64,000 nt of DNA from assembly GCA_963829055.1 (NCBI GenBank), contig CAWHHI010000004.1, positions 64,001 through 128,000 of the forward strand. The letters are read 5' to 3'. The stretch is from an uncultured Gemmatimonadaceae bacterium. Lineage in GTDB: Bacteria > Gemmatimonadota > Gemmatimonadetes > Gemmatimonadales > Gemmatimonadaceae. Within the stretch, counting starts at the first letter, position 1, and every line of letters starts with the position of its first letter. The notes beneath the pieces were generated by a model that made no database searches, was not told where the DNA came from, and saw only the letters and a list, made by a program, of their open reading frames with translations. The position numbers were made by a program, and so were the translations under genes. Positions 19,915-30,899 of the stretch are shown here, one piece after another.

Positions 19915-22233
19915 ATGTCGATCGCCAAGTGGTTCTCCCGCCGTGCGTTGCTCCCCGTCGTCAGCATATCGCTGGCGGGCGGGGCGTTGCCTGGTATCGC
20001 ACTCGCGCAGGTCGTTCGGGGTGTGGTCGTGGACGAAGCGTCGGGGCGTGGCATGCCTGGCATTGTCGTCGTGCTCCTCGACTCCGCCGGAAAGCGCCTG
20101 GCGGGCGTGCTCGCCGACGATGACGGCCGGTATGCCATCCGCTCGTCCGTTCCTGGCCGCTATTCGTTGCGGGCCGAGCGTATCGGGTATGTCGCCCAGG
20201 CGCCGACGCCGGTGGTGCTCAAGAGCGGCGAGACCGTCGAGCTGCGTCTCGTGACGCGTCCGGTCCCGGTCGTGCTCGGCGCCGTGCGCGTCATTGACCG
20301 AACACCGTGTGTGGCCGCCGCGGCCGACGGACGGGAGGTCTCGACGGTCTGGGATGAGACCCGCAAGGCGCTCTACGCGACCGATCTGACGCAGCGTCAG
20401 GAGCTGTTCACGGCTCGCGTGTCCCGCTTCGAGCGTACGCGCGATGCGCGTTCGGGCAAGATCACAGGCTATCAGACGCGGCAAAGTAACGGCACGACGC
20501 GCAGTCCATTCGTGAGCATGGCGGCCGCGCAGCTCTCCGCTGACGGATACGTTAGGCAGGACAGAGGCGAGACGATCTACTACGGACCGGACGCGAACGT
20601 GCTCATGTCCGACGAGTTCCTGCGCGACCATTGCTTCCGCCTGCGCGCAGGCGATGGGGGGCGCAAGGGACTGATCGGACTCGCGTTCGAGCCTGTCCGC
20701 GGGCGCGACAAGGCCGACATCGCGGGCACGCTCTGGATCGACCGACAAACGGCGGAACTTCGCGACCTCGAGTACGTGTATCGCCTGCTGCCGAATCTTC
20801 CGAGCGACGCGAAGAGCGAGGACTTCGGCGGCCACATCGAGTTCCGGCACATGCCGACCGGGGCGTGGATCGTCGAGCGGTGGGTGATCCGCATGCCGGT
20901 GCTCGTGGATAGGGGACCGCTCACGACGCGCCCTTCGGCGGTTGTTCCCGGGACCGCGCCGTCACGCGTCGAGCGGGTGCAACTCGCGGCCGTGCGTGAG
21001 GAGGGTGGCGAGGTACTGGAAACGGTGTCGCGCGGAGACCGACGCGTCGCGGCGGCGAGCGCGGTCGCGACCGTTCGCGGCATCGTATTCGACAGCACGA
21101 GAATGCTGCCGCTTCGCGACGCACGCGTATTCCTCGACGGGACGCAATTCTCGACGCGCTCGGGCGAGGACGGCCGCTTCGCCATTGGCCAGGTGCCGCC
21201 CGGCTCATACGGGCTATCGGTCATGCACGCGCGCTTCGATTCGCTGAACCTGAGGGCGCCCGCCGCGACCGTGACGCTGCGCCCGGAAGAGGAGACGGTC
21301 ACGCAGCTGACAACGCCGTCGATGGCGACCATTGTCGCGCGCGATTGCACGCCGGAGGAACGGGCGGCCGGCCCAGTCGTCGTGCGCGGTCATGTCCGCG
21401 ACGCGCTCAGCGGCGAGCCCGCGATCGACGCGACGGTGCGGATCACGTGGAACCGCCTGAACACGACTTCGGCTGCGGTGCGAGGTGTCGCCGAGCAACG
21501 GGCCGTGACACGGACGGATTCGGCCGGACGCTACGACGTCTGCGGCCTTCCGGACGGCGTTAGGCTGACCATGTCGGCGACGACCGCCGATCGCCGCTCC
21601 GCTCCCGTGCCGATCGTCTTGCCCGACGATCAGATCAACGTCGTCGACATCGTAGTCGGCACGCCGGCAGTCGCGGCGGTGGCGCCGACGACGTCTCACA
21701 GTACCGTTACGCGCGCGAGCCCGGCGCGGAATGTGGCCATGCGGGAGTTCGAGCGTCGACGGCGGCGAGGGAACGGCGCGTACCTGACGCGCGTCCAGAT
21801 CGATCGCGCGCACGCAGCGCGACTCACCGATCTGCTGCGCGTACTGCCTGGCGTGTCGGTGACGCCGAGCGAGAATGGGGGACTCGTGGTGGAGCTCACG
21901 CGGTCGCGGCAATACACGTTCAATACGATGGCCGGAGCGAAAAGCGACAGCGCTGCGCCGCCAACGCAAGCCATCCCGAATCAGGTGGCAGGTCCTCTCG
22001 CGACGAAAAAGTGCCCGGCCGCGTTTCACGTGGACGGCCTTCCGGTCGAGGGTGGAGCGACCGCCGATCTCGAGGTGCGTCCGGAGATGATCGACGCGAT
22101 CGAGGTCTACGCTGGTGGCCAGGTGCCCATCGAGTTCGCTGCTCGCAACGCCGATTGTGGCCTGGTGATGGTCTGGACGCGGGCGTTCGCGGACCGGCCC
22201 GATCTCACACCCGGGCGCGATGGCGGCCGTTGA
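19915..22233 (+). CDS. Exported protein with three carboxypeptidase-regulatory-like domains and C-terminal TonB plug-like domain
   Basis: Repeated RGxVxD...DGRY/F units; C-terminal LTDLLRVLPGV...IDAIEVY...CGLVMVWTR; no barrel. Confidence 0.75.
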   Translation: MSIAKWFSRRALLPVVSISLAGGALPGIALAQVVRGVVVDEASGRGMPGIVVVLLDSAGKRLAGVLADDDGRYAIRSSVPGRYSLRAERIGYVAQAPTPVVLKSGETVELRLVTRPVPVVLGAVRVIDRTPCVAAAADGREVSTVWDETRKALYATDLTQRQELFTARVSRFERTRDARSGKITGYQTRQSNGTTRSPFVSMAAAQLSADGYVRQDRGETIYYGPDANVLMSDEFLRDHCFRLRAGDGGRKGLIGLAFEPVRGRDKADIAGTLWIDRQTAELRDLEYVYRLLPNLPSDAKSEDFGGHIEFRHMPTGAWIVERWVIRMPVLVDRGPLTTRPSAVVPGTAPSRVERVQLAAVREEGGEVLETVSRGDRRVAAASAVATVRGIVFDSTRMLPLRDARVFLDGTQFSTRSGEDGRFAIGQVPPGSYGLSVMHARFDSLNLRAPAATVTLRPEEETVTQLTTPSMATIVARDCTPEERAAGPVVVRGHVRDALSGEPAIDATVRITWNRLNTTSAAVRGVAEQRAVTRTDSAGRYDVCGLPDGVRLTMSATTADRRSAPVPIVLPDDQINVVDIVVGTPAVAAVAPTTSHSTVTRASPARNVAMREFERRRRRGNGAYLTRVQIDRAHAARLTDLLRVLPGVSVTPSENGGLVVELTRSRQYTFNTMAGAKSDSAAPPTQAIPNQVAGPLATKKCPAAFHVDGLPVEGGATADLEVRPEMIDAIEVYAGGQVPIEFAARNADCGLVMVWTRAFADRPDLTPGRDGGR

Positions 22234-22245
22234 TGGCGGACAGTA

Positions 22246-23620
22246 ATGGCGGCTGCTGAAGTCGTGATCTGCGGCGCCGGTATTGCCGGCGCCGCTGCCG
22301 CGTATCACCTCGCCGTCCGCCAGCGCGTGCCTAACGTGGTGATCGTCGACGCGCGCGAGCCGCTGACGTTGACGAGCGACAAGGGCACGATGGGGTACCG
22401 CAACTGGTTCGACGGGCCCGACGACACCATGGCGCGGTTCGTCGGCCGGAGCGTCAGCATACTCGAGGAGATGGCGGACGAATGTGGCAACGCCTTCGAG
22501 CTATCGCGCCCCGGGTATGCGTTCGTGACCGCGGATGCGGGGATGCTGGAGCGGCTACGCGCGCAGGCGAGGCGGTTGGAGTCGTTCGGCGCCGGCGCCG
22601 TACGCGAACACCCGGGGCCCGTCCCGTACACGCCGGTGACCGGTTCAGGCGTGAACGGCCAGGGTTGGCGCGGCGTTCCCGATGGCGCTGACGTGCTGGC
22701 CGATCCACAGCTCGTGCGCGAGCACTTTCCGTTCGTCAACGAGGACGCGATCGCCGTCAGCCACGTTAGGCGGGCCGGCTGGATGGATGCCATGCGCCTC
22801 GGCAGGTGGATGCTGGATCAGGCGACCCGGAACGGTGCGCGCATCGTTCGGGATCGGGTGACGGGCATCGACAGCGCGGGCGGGCGGCTCCGCGGCGTTC
22901 GCCTCGAGTCAGGCGGTACGCTCTCGACCGGCGCGCCTCGCGATTGCCGCCGGCCCCGGACTCCCGGCCGCGCTCCGGATGCTGGGCCTCGACCTGCCCG
23001 TGTTTCTCGAGCTGCACGCCAAGTGTCGCTTCGACGACCGACTTGGCGTCCTGCCGCGGTCGGCTCCGTTCACGATCTGGACGGACCCCGTGCCCGATCT
23101 CGGTTGGAGCGCGGCGGAGCGAGCTCGATTCGCGTCCGATCCAGCGACGCGATGGTTGCTCGAGCCGCTCCCCGGCGGCCTGCACGTGCGACCGGTCGGA
23201 GAGGAGCGCGATGTCTGGCTCATCTGGACGTTCGAGAGCGCGGCGCACCCGTTCGAGTGGCCTCCCGTCTTCGATCCGCATCTGGGCGAGGTGCTGGTGC
23301 GCGGCTTCGCCCGCATGGCGCCGCGCGCGGAGGCCTACATCGGTGAGGGCGCGCGCGGATTCGTCGACGGTGGCTACTACGCGAAGACCCCGGAGAACCG
23401 GCCGATCGTCGGTCCGCTTCCGATCGAGGGCGTGTTCGTCACCGGCGCGCTGTCGGGTTACGGGATCATGGCATCGCACGCCGCCGGCGAGCTGCTCGCA
23501 GCACACATGACGGGTGGGTCGCTGCCGTCCTATGCCGACGCACTTGCGCCTGCGCGTTATGCGGACCCCGTCTACCAGCGTCGCCTGGAGAACTGGGACA
23601 CGAAGGCCGGGCAGCTCTGA
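22246..23620 (+). CDS. FAD-dependent oxidoreductase, DAO/sarcosine oxidase family (frameshift near 22935)
   Basis: ICGAGIAG; YYAKTPENRPIVGP, LSGYGIM in second frame. Confidence 0.85.
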
Positions 23621-23624
23621 TGCC

Positions 23625-23744
23625 TGTCATCCCGAGTGCGGGAGCCCGCGCAGCGGGCAGATGAGGGATCTTGTCGAACGTCATCGTGGCCAGGCCTGCC
23701 ACGAGTACCTCACGGGAGATCCCTCGCTGCCGCTCGGAATGACA
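23625..23744. repeat. GTCATCCCGAG element copy 5
   Basis: TIRs and inner GTCATCGTGGC/GCCACGAGTAC hairpin. Confidence 0.88.
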
Positions 23745-24380
23745 ACGATGACAACGCGCGCTACCACACACAGATCGGCAGACACGTACGACCGCGACTA
23801 CTTCGACAAGTGGTATCGCAACCCGCGCTTTCGTGTGAAGACGCCGCGCGAGCTCGCACGGCAGGTGACGTTCGTCGTGTCTGCCGCGGAGCACATCCTC
23901 GGACGCACGATCCGCACGGTGCTCGACGTCGGCTGCGGTGAAGCCAACTGGCTCGCCCCCCTCCGGCGTCTCCGGCCACACGTGCAGTACACCGGCGTGG
24001 ACGCGAGCGAGTACGCGGTCGCACGGTTCGGCACCAGCCGCAACGTTCGCCTCGGTACGATCGACGCTCTCGACCAGGTGAAGCTGAGGAAAGACTACGA
24101 CCTCATCCTGTGCGTCGGGATGCTCAACTACCTGCCGCCCGCCCCGCTTCGGACCGGGCTCGCGCACCTCTACGAACGCGCGCACGGCCTCGTGTATCTC
24201 GAGCTGTTCACGAGCGCCGATCGTGGCGTGTTCGGCGATACGCGCGGGACGCGACTGCGGTCGGCCTCCTGGTACCGTGCGCGCATCCGCGAGGCGCGGT
24301 TCGTATCGTGCGGACTGCATTGCTACGTTCCCGATTGGCTGCGCGAGCACACGGCGGTGATGGAGCGGTGTGGCCGATAG
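23739..24380 (+). CDS. Class I SAM-dependent methyltransferase
   Basis: VLDVGCGE, YTGVDAS, YDLILC. Confidence 0.85.
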   Translation: MTTMTTRATTHRSADTYDRDYFDKWYRNPRFRVKTPRELARQVTFVVSAAEHILGRTIRTVLDVGCGEANWLAPLRRLRPHVQYTGVDASEYAVARFGTSRNVRLGTIDALDQVKLRKDYDLILCVGMLNYLPPAPLRTGLAHLYERAHGLVYLELFTSADRGVFGDTRGTRLRSASWYRARIREARFVSCGLHCYVPDWLREHTAVMERCGR

Positions 24381-26319
24381 TCGTGCGCCGTTAGGCGGGA
24401 TCGCCGGCCGCGCCGCCGGCGACGTCGCCGCCGACTATGCGTCACGTGGCGCCGCGTTCGCCGCTACCGAAACCGCGCGGCGCCACGAAGCTGAGCGAAT
24501 CTCGCAGCTCCGCCTGCTGGCGTTCGGGGTCGGTGTCGGAGCCGCGATCACTCTCGCTGGCGGATGGGGACCGCAGGCCGTCCTGACGGCACTCCTCGTT
24601 GTGGCGATCGCCGCCTACCTCGCCGCGGCCGCGCGACACCGAGCACGCCGGCGTCTCGCGTCGTGGGCTGGCGTTAGGCGCGTCGTGTGCGAGCAGGGCG
24701 CGCTGCGAGTCGCGAGGAACTGGACCGCGCTCGCGTCCCCGCTCACGGAACCGCCTCCGCGCGACCATCCGTACGGCGCCGACCTCGACGTCACCGGCCA
24801 TGCGTCACTCGCTCGGCTACTCGACGTGACGAGCGCCGGGCCCGGTAGGCGCACGCTCATGGCGTGGCTGCTCGGGGATGTCCCGCCGGTGAGCGAGCTG
24901 CGGGCGCGCCACGAAGCGGTGCGCGAGCTCGCGTCGGCAGTCGAGTGGCGGGAAACACTCACTGCTCACGCATGGACCGCCGGCGTCGCTCGTCGCAGCG
25001 ACGTCGAAAGCTTTCTCACGTGGGCCGAGCGGAAGCCGTGGCTCATCGAGCGGCGCGGGATCCTCTGGGCAAGCCGGCTACTGCCGTTCGTGATCGTGCC
25101 GGCAGTGGTGCTGACGGTCGCCAGCGTCATGTGGGCGAATGGGGTCGCACCGCCGCCCGCGCCCTGGCTCGTCGCCCTCGCGACCGTCGCGCGCGCGTGG
25201 TGGATCGTGCCTTTCGGCGCCGGCGTGTTGCTCTCCGCGCTCAGCCGGCGTGCGCTCACTGACGGTATCCAGATGGCCATGGCCCATCTGAGCGGACTCT
25301 CCGCGTACGCCGCAATGCTCGCGCACGTCGAGTCAGCACCGTTCAGCGCGCCGAGACTCGTGGGCGTGAAGCAGCGGCTCGGCAGCGGACAGGGCGCGGC
25401 GCGTGAGCTCGCACGGCTCGGCGCGATCGTGCGTCTCGCCGAAGCACGGTACTCGCCCATGGCGCACATGGTGCTTCAACTGCTCGGCCTCTGGGATTTC
25501 CATGTCCTCGCCGCGCTCGAGCGCTGGCAGCGGACGTCGGGCTCGCACGCGCGCGACTGGCTCGCCGCGTTAGGTGAGGCCGAGTCGCTGTCGGCGTTGG
25601 CGACGCTCGCCTACGACAATCCCGATTGGGTGACTCCGGAGTTCGTCGACGGCGCCGCGCGCGTCGAGGCTCAACAGCTGGGCCATCCGCTGCTGGCGGC
25701 GCACGCTCGCGTGAACAACGACGTCATGGTCGGTCCGCCGGGCACGTTCGTGCTCGTGACGGGATCGAACATGTCGGGGAAGAGCACGCTCCTGCGGGCG
25801 ATCGGCACGAACGTGGTCCTCGCGCAGGCCGGCGGCCCGGTCTGCGCGGCGTCGATGCGCCTCACGCCAGTAGACATCTGGACGAGCATACGCATCGACG
25901 ATTCGCTCGAGGCCGGTGTCTCGCTGTTCATGGCGGAGCTACGGCGGCTCAAGCGAATCGTGGATGCCGCGCGAGACCCTGCTCGTTCGCGGCCGCTGCT
26001 GTACCTGCTCGACGAGATGCTGCACGGCACGAACACGGCGGAGCGACGCATCGCGGCGCGCCGGGTGCTCAACTACCTGCTCGCCGCGAAGGCCATCGGT
26101 GCGGTGACGACGCACGATCTCACGCTGGCCGAGGATTCGTCACTCGATGAAGCGGCGCAACGGGTCCACTTCACGGAGCATTTCGAGCAGCGCGACGGCG
26201 CGATGACGATGACCTTCGACTACGAGCTGCGCCCGGGGCTCGCGACGTCCGCCAACGCGTTGAAGCTGTTGGCGATGATCGGGTTGGGCGACGAGGCCTG
26301 CCGCGTGCCGGGCAAGTGA
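24370..26319 (+). CDS. Membrane-anchored MutS domain V ATPase protein
   Basis: TM helices; VTGSNMSGKSTLLR, SLFMAELRR, LLDEMLHGTN, TTHD. Confidence 0.88.
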   Translation: MADSRAPLGGIAGRAAGDVAADYASRGAAFAATETARRHEAERISQLRLLAFGVGVGAAITLAGGWGPQAVLTALLVVAIAAYLAAAARHRARRRLASWAGVRRVVCEQGALRVARNWTALASPLTEPPPRDHPYGADLDVTGHASLARLLDVTSAGPGRRTLMAWLLGDVPPVSELRARHEAVRELASAVEWRETLTAHAWTAGVARRSDVESFLTWAERKPWLIERRGILWASRLLPFVIVPAVVLTVASVMWANGVAPPPAPWLVALATVARAWWIVPFGAGVLLSALSRRALTDGIQMAMAHLSGLSAYAAMLAHVESAPFSAPRLVGVKQRLGSGQGAARELARLGAIVRLAEARYSPMAHMVLQLLGLWDFHVLAALERWQRTSGSHARDWLAALGEAESLSALATLAYDNPDWVTPEFVDGAARVEAQQLGHPLLAAHARVNNDVMVGPPGTFVLVTGSNMSGKSTLLRAIGTNVVLAQAGGPVCAASMRLTPVDIWTSIRIDDSLEAGVSLFMAELRRLKRIVDAARDPARSRPLLYLLDEMLHGTNTAERRIAARRVLNYLLAAKAIGAVTTHDLTLAEDSSLDEAAQRVHFTEHFEQRDGAMTMTFDYELRPGLATSANALKLLAMIGLGDEACRVPGK

Positions 26320-26398
26320 CGTCCTGACGCTCCGTTCCGTGACGGCTCGGTGACCGAGACCCGGAAACCAATCAAGAGTGCCCGGAGTATGTTTCGCC

Positions 26399-27895
26399 AT
26401 GCGCGTCGCCGTCATCGTCAGGCATATCCTGCCGTTCGTTTTTTCATTCCTCCGCGACCGGCGTCGCTGGATCGTGGCCGGCACCCCGGTGCCACGTACG
26501 GACGAGTTCCATCGGCGCCGTGCCGAGACGCTGGTCGCGGCTATCGGAACACTCGGCCCGACGTTCGTGAAGCTCGCGCAGGTGTTCGCGGGCCGCGCTG
26601 ATCTGTTTCCCGAGCCGTACGTCGTCGCGCTGTCGACGCTCACGGATCAGGTGCCGCCGGTTCCGCTCGAGGCGGTCGAGCGCACGATCGTCGAGAGCTA
26701 TGGGAAGGGGTCGGCCGAGCTGTTCGAAAGGTTCGAGCCCGTACCGATCGCCGCGGCGTCGCTCGGCCAGGTGCATCGAGCGTCGTATGAGGGTCGAGAG
26801 GTCGTCGTGAAGGTCCTGCGGCCGGGCATCGAACAGCTGGTCGCGTCCGACGTGAAAGCGGCGAAGTGGATTCTCAGCGTGCTCGAACGACGCTTCGCGA
26901 CGAATCCGCACGTACGCGGGCTGCGCGTGTCGGTCGAAGAGTTCGCGCTTCGCATTGGCGACGAGATGGACTTCCGCAAGGAAGCCGATAACGCCGAGCG
27001 GATCCGCGCGAACTTCGCGGGGAACCGGCGCGTGCTCATTCCACGCATCGAGCCCGACCTCGTTCGGCAGCGCGTGCTCGTGATGGAGTACATGGAAGGG
27101 GTGCGCATCGATCGCGTCGATTCGGCCGACGCAAGGCGTACCGCCGGTGCGCGACGCGCTCGGTCCTCGGACATCGTGGCGTCCGTCATGGAGCTCTACA
27201 TCCAGATGATGCTCGTGGATGGGCTCTTCCACGCCGATCCGCATCCGGGCAACCTGCTCGTGTCGGCGGATGGTCGGATCATCCTGCTCGACTTCGGAAT
27301 GGTCGTGCCGGTTCCGCGCGAAACGCGGTGGCACCTCATCCAGACGGTATTCGCGTCGATCAGAAAGGATGTGGACGGCGTCGTCGCGGGCTTCGAGGCG
27401 CTGGGTGTGATCGAGCCTGACGCCGATCCCGCCGTCGTGCGCGATCTCGTGCGCGCGCTGCTGGAGCTCGCGCATTCGAGGACGACGGTGCCGGAGCGGA
27501 TCGAGATGCTGCTCGCGGATCAGGTCATGGGCACGCTGTACGACTGGCCGGTGACGTTGCCGCGCGAGATGGTCTACTTCGCGCGGGCGGCGGCGCTCAT
27601 CGAGGGGCTGGGCGTGCACTACGACCCGCGCTTCAACCCGATCGTCTTCGCGGCGCCGATTGCCCTGCGACTGCGACGGCGCATCCTCGCGTCGCTCGGC
27701 GACCAGCCGACCCGCCGCGATCCTAACGAGTGGGTGTACACGCTCAGCGGCGTGCTCGGTGCGGTGGCCGGGGTCGTGACGCGAGCGGGCCGAAGCTTCC
27801 TCTCGCAGCTCGAATCGGAGTTCCAGGCGGCACGGCCGCTGAGCATCCCGACCCCCGAAGAGCGGCCACGGCTTCCGGCGGCGGTGAGCCAGTAG
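26399..27895 (+). CDS. ABC1/AarF/UbiB family kinase
   Basis: LGPTFVKLAQ, AAASLGQVH, VVKV, FHADPHPGN, LLDFGM. Confidence 0.92.
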   Translation: MRVAVIVRHILPFVFSFLRDRRRWIVAGTPVPRTDEFHRRRAETLVAAIGTLGPTFVKLAQVFAGRADLFPEPYVVALSTLTDQVPPVPLEAVERTIVESYGKGSAELFERFEPVPIAAASLGQVHRASYEGREVVVKVLRPGIEQLVASDVKAAKWILSVLERRFATNPHVRGLRVSVEEFALRIGDEMDFRKEADNAERIRANFAGNRRVLIPRIEPDLVRQRVLVMEYMEGVRIDRVDSADARRTAGARRARSSDIVASVMELYIQMMLVDGLFHADPHPGNLLVSADGRIILLDFGMVVPVPRETRWHLIQTVFASIRKDVDGVVAGFEALGVIEPDADPAVVRDLVRALLELAHSRTTVPERIEMLLADQVMGTLYDWPVTLPREMVYFARAAALIEGLGVHYDPRFNPIVFAAPIALRLRRRILASLGDQPTRRDPNEWVYTLSGVLGAVAGVVTRAGRSFLSQLESEFQAARPLSIPTPEERPRLPAAVSQ

Positions 27896-27921
27896 GGCGG
27901 CAGCGGTGCTGTCTCAGCTGG

Positions 27922-28143
27922 CTACACTCGGCCGGTTTGAAATGCGATGACGATGGTGACGAGCGCGGCGGTCGCGAGGACGAGGAACACGCCGAAGCCC
28001 GACAGGAGCCTGTCCCGGTTGGCCATCGCCGTGAGACCCGCCAGCGCCAGAACCATCGGCACGGCCCATGGTCCCGCCGCTTTTATAGTCGACGAGAGGA
28101 AGTCGTGGATGGCCGCGAACGCCTGTTCGAGCTGATAGCCCAC
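27922..28143 (-). CDS. Small membrane protein
   Basis: Two hydrophobic helices. Confidence 0.5.
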   Translation of the reverse strand: MGYQLEQAFAAIHDFLSSTIKAAGPWAVPMVLALAGLTAMANRDRLLSGFGVFLVLATAALVTIVIAFQTGRV

Positions 28144-28247
28144 CGCGGGTCCTTCGGGACAGGGTTCTCAGCTACGATACTGTCCCACGCGCAGTGTGTC
28201 CACAGTGGAGATGACGGAAGCAGGCGCCGTTACACGTTAGGCGAGCT

Positions 28248-28640
28248 TCACATCCCGAGCCGGACGTTGATGTCGACCATCAGTCCGCGCGGCGGCTGCG
28301 ACACGAACACAACGCGATCGGGCTCGGGCCGGATGACGATCCTCTCGATTGGCCCACGTCCTTTTCCGTGCCCCCTGTTGCCAATGCGGTAGTAGACGAC
28401 GCGCGTGCCCCGTACGACGTCCACGCGTACAACCTCGTAGCCGTGCGACACGAGCACGTCACGGGTAACGACGATCGCCTGGTCGGCGGTCACGACGCGC
28501 TTCTTCGCCTGACCTGGCGGTACATGGTCACCGTGAGACTTGCCGTTTCCTTTCCCTTGGGCGAGCGCGCCGCGGCCGGGGCAGATGAGAAAACCGGTTG
28601 CGAGCAGGCCGGCGGTGATGGCGATCCGATATCGACGCAT
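28248..28640 (-). CDS. Exported protein with PPGQAKK motif
   Basis: Signal peptide; GKGNGK..VPPGQAKK. Confidence 0.68.
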   Translation of the reverse strand: MRRYRIAITAGLLATGFLICPGRGALAQGKGNGKSHGDHVPPGQAKKRVVTADQAIVVTRDVLVSHGYEVVRVDVVRGTRVVYYRIGNRGHGKGRGPIERIVIRPEPDRVVFVSQPPRGLMVDINVRLGM

Positions 28641-28926
28641 GAGGGCTCTCTGTTCAGATGGGATGATGAGCTCCATGCAAAGTGGCTGATTGCTGCGTCC
28701 GGCGACGTACGCGAAATCACAGTTGACGTTAGGCGTCATCGACATCGTGATGCGTCGCACCGCAGCTCTGGCTGGTGAGTCACGTCCGGGGCTGCGTGCT
28801 GCATGCTGGAACAGCAACGGCATTCACCGCGAGGCCACAGAGGGCGCTGAGGACTGCTTCAACCACCATCTCAGACGGAGGGGCGAACGGATTCGTCTGA
28901 TCTGGCGGATTGATTCCCTTGTCATC

Positions 28927-29185
28927 TGTCATCCCGGCGCTCGCGGCCCGCCGACCGAGGGAAGCGACCACTCCGCGGCAGCGACCGGCACGGCAGGACG
29001 GTACGACCGACGGTAGACCGGGAAAAAACGCGCAAACCATCGGTGCCTAACGGTCGCCTGGCGCTCGTGTTGTGCAGCACCGGTCCCAGGAGCGGCAGCG
29101 ACGAGGGACCTTCTGTGATGTACATCGTGGCCAGCGAACCTACGAGTACTTCACGGGAGATCCCTCGCTGGCGCTCGGGATGACA
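28927..29185. repeat. GTCATCCCGAG element copy 6, interrupted by ~150 bp
   Basis: TGTCATCCC at 28927; rest of element 29085-29185. Confidence 0.7.
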
Positions 29186-29315
29186 CCGCTCCTTCCTCCG
29201 GCCTCCTTCCTAAGACCTCGTTGATTGCTCTCGGTTTGTTGTAATGCTCTAAAGCAACAGCCAGCGGCGGCCGTTCCCGGGTTGCGATGAGGCGCTCAGG
29301 GAGTCAAACGGATGT

Positions 29316-30884
29316 ATGTCCACCCCAGCATCTCCCGTCGAGTCGGGGGCCATTCTGCACGCCCTCGCGGGCGCGTTGTCGGACGTCGTGGTCGTCCTCG
29401 ATCGCGACGGGCGCTATCTGGATGTCGTTACCGGTCGCGGGGACCTGCTCGTGCGGCCCGCCAACGAGCTGCGGGGACGCCGGGTCCACGATGTCTTCCC
29501 GGAGCACACCGCCGACCTGTTCACGCGCTGGATTCATCAGGTCCTCGACGGCGGCCGACGTGTGGAGGAGGAGTACGAAGCGGAGATCGGCGGTCGGCCC
29601 ATGTGGTTCGCCGCGATCGTCGCCCCCATGTCCGAAACGACGGTCCTCTGGATCGCGCGCGACATCACCGAGCGAAAGGCGCTCGAGGCGCAGCTCCGGC
29701 AGTCGGCGAAGATGGAAGCCGTCGGGCGACTCGCCGGCGGCGTTGCGCACGATTTCAACAACCTGCTCACCGCCATCTCGACCAACGCCTATCTCGCGCT
29801 GACCGGCGTGCGGAACGCCCAGGACGTGACCGAGGAGCTCGGGCAGATCAAATGCGCCTCCGATCGCGCCGCGGGTCTGACGCGCCAACTGCTCGCCTTC
29901 AGCCGGAAGCAGATGCTGCAGCCCCGCGTGCTGCACATCAACGAGGCCGTCCGCGAAGCGAGTGGACTGCTGCAGCGCGTGATCGGCGAGGACGTACAGC
30001 TCGCGTGCGCTCTCGATCCGAGCACCTGGCCTGTTGTGGCGGACGAAGGGCAACTGAGCCAGGTCGTGATGAATCTCGCGGTCAACGCGCGCGATGCGAT
30101 GCCCAGCGGCGGCACGCTCGCCATCACCACCGGCAACATTGACGTCACGGATCGCCTCGCGGCGCGGCAGCGTGGGCTCCCTCGCGGTGAGTACGTCGTA
30201 CTGACGATGCGCGACACCGGGACCGGAATGGATCGGAGCACGCAGGAGCGCATCTTCGAGCCGTTCTTCACGACCAAGGAGCAGGGCAAGGGTACGGGGC
30301 TCGGGTTGTCGACGGTGTACGGGATCGTCAAACAGTCCAACGGCCATATCCAGGTGGCGAGCGCGCCAGGCCAGGGTACGGCGTTCTGGATCTTCCTGCC
30401 TCGCGCGGTCGCCGATCCCGCGCCAACGGCCGCCGCCGAGCCGCGCGGACCGGAGCGCACGTCGATCGACGCGACGGTGCTCATCGTCGAAGACGAGCCG
30501 CAGGTACGCGCCGCCGCTGCTCGCGTGCTGCGCCGGTACGGCTACACGGTGCTCGAGTGTCAGAACGGGCTCGAGGCTCTCGCCACCTGGTCCGAGCGTC
30601 GACACGACGTCTCGCTCATCATCACGGACGTCGTCATGCCCCAGTTAGGCGGCCGTGAGTTGGTGCGGCGTCTGCGCGACGAGGGCGCGACGGTCCCCGT
30701 GCTCTTTATTTCCGGGTACGCGGAGGGCGCGACGCCCGAGCGGATGGACGTGTCGGGACGAAGCGCGTTCCTGGCCAAGCCGTTCGACATTGGTGTGTTC
30801 GTGCGCCTCGCCGGCGAGTTGATCCAGGGGGTGGTGTCGCGCCACACCGGATCGCGGCCGCCGTTGCGGAGGATTCGGGCGTGA
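29316..30884 (+). CDS. Hybrid PAS sensor histidine kinase/response regulator
   Basis: AHDFNNLL H-box, [20 protein letters not shown], receiver with TDVVMP and KPF. Confidence 0.93.
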   Translation: MSTPASPVESGAILHALAGALSDVVVVLDRDGRYLDVVTGRGDLLVRPANELRGRRVHDVFPEHTADLFTRWIHQVLDGGRRVEEEYEAEIGGRPMWFAAIVAPMSETTVLWIARDITERKALEAQLRQSAKMEAVGRLAGGVAHDFNNLLTAISTNAYLALTGVRNAQDVTEELGQIKCASDRAAGLTRQLLAFSRKQMLQPRVLHINEAVREASGLLQRVIGEDVQLACALDPSTWPVVADEGQLSQVVMNLAVNARDAMPSGGTLAITTGNIDVTDRLAARQRGLPRGEYVVLTMRDTGTGMDRSTQERIFEPFFTTKEQGKGTGLGLSTVYGIVKQSNGHIQVASAPGQGTAFWIFLPRAVADPAPTAAAEPRGPERTSIDATVLIVEDEPQVRAAAARVLRRYGYTVLECQNGLEALATWSERRHDVSLIITDVVMPQLGGRELVRRLRDEGATVPVLFISGYAEGATPERMDVSGRSAFLAKPFDIGVFVRLAGELIQGVVSRHTGSRPPLRRIRA

Positions 30885-30899
30885 CTGCCGCGGTGCGCG

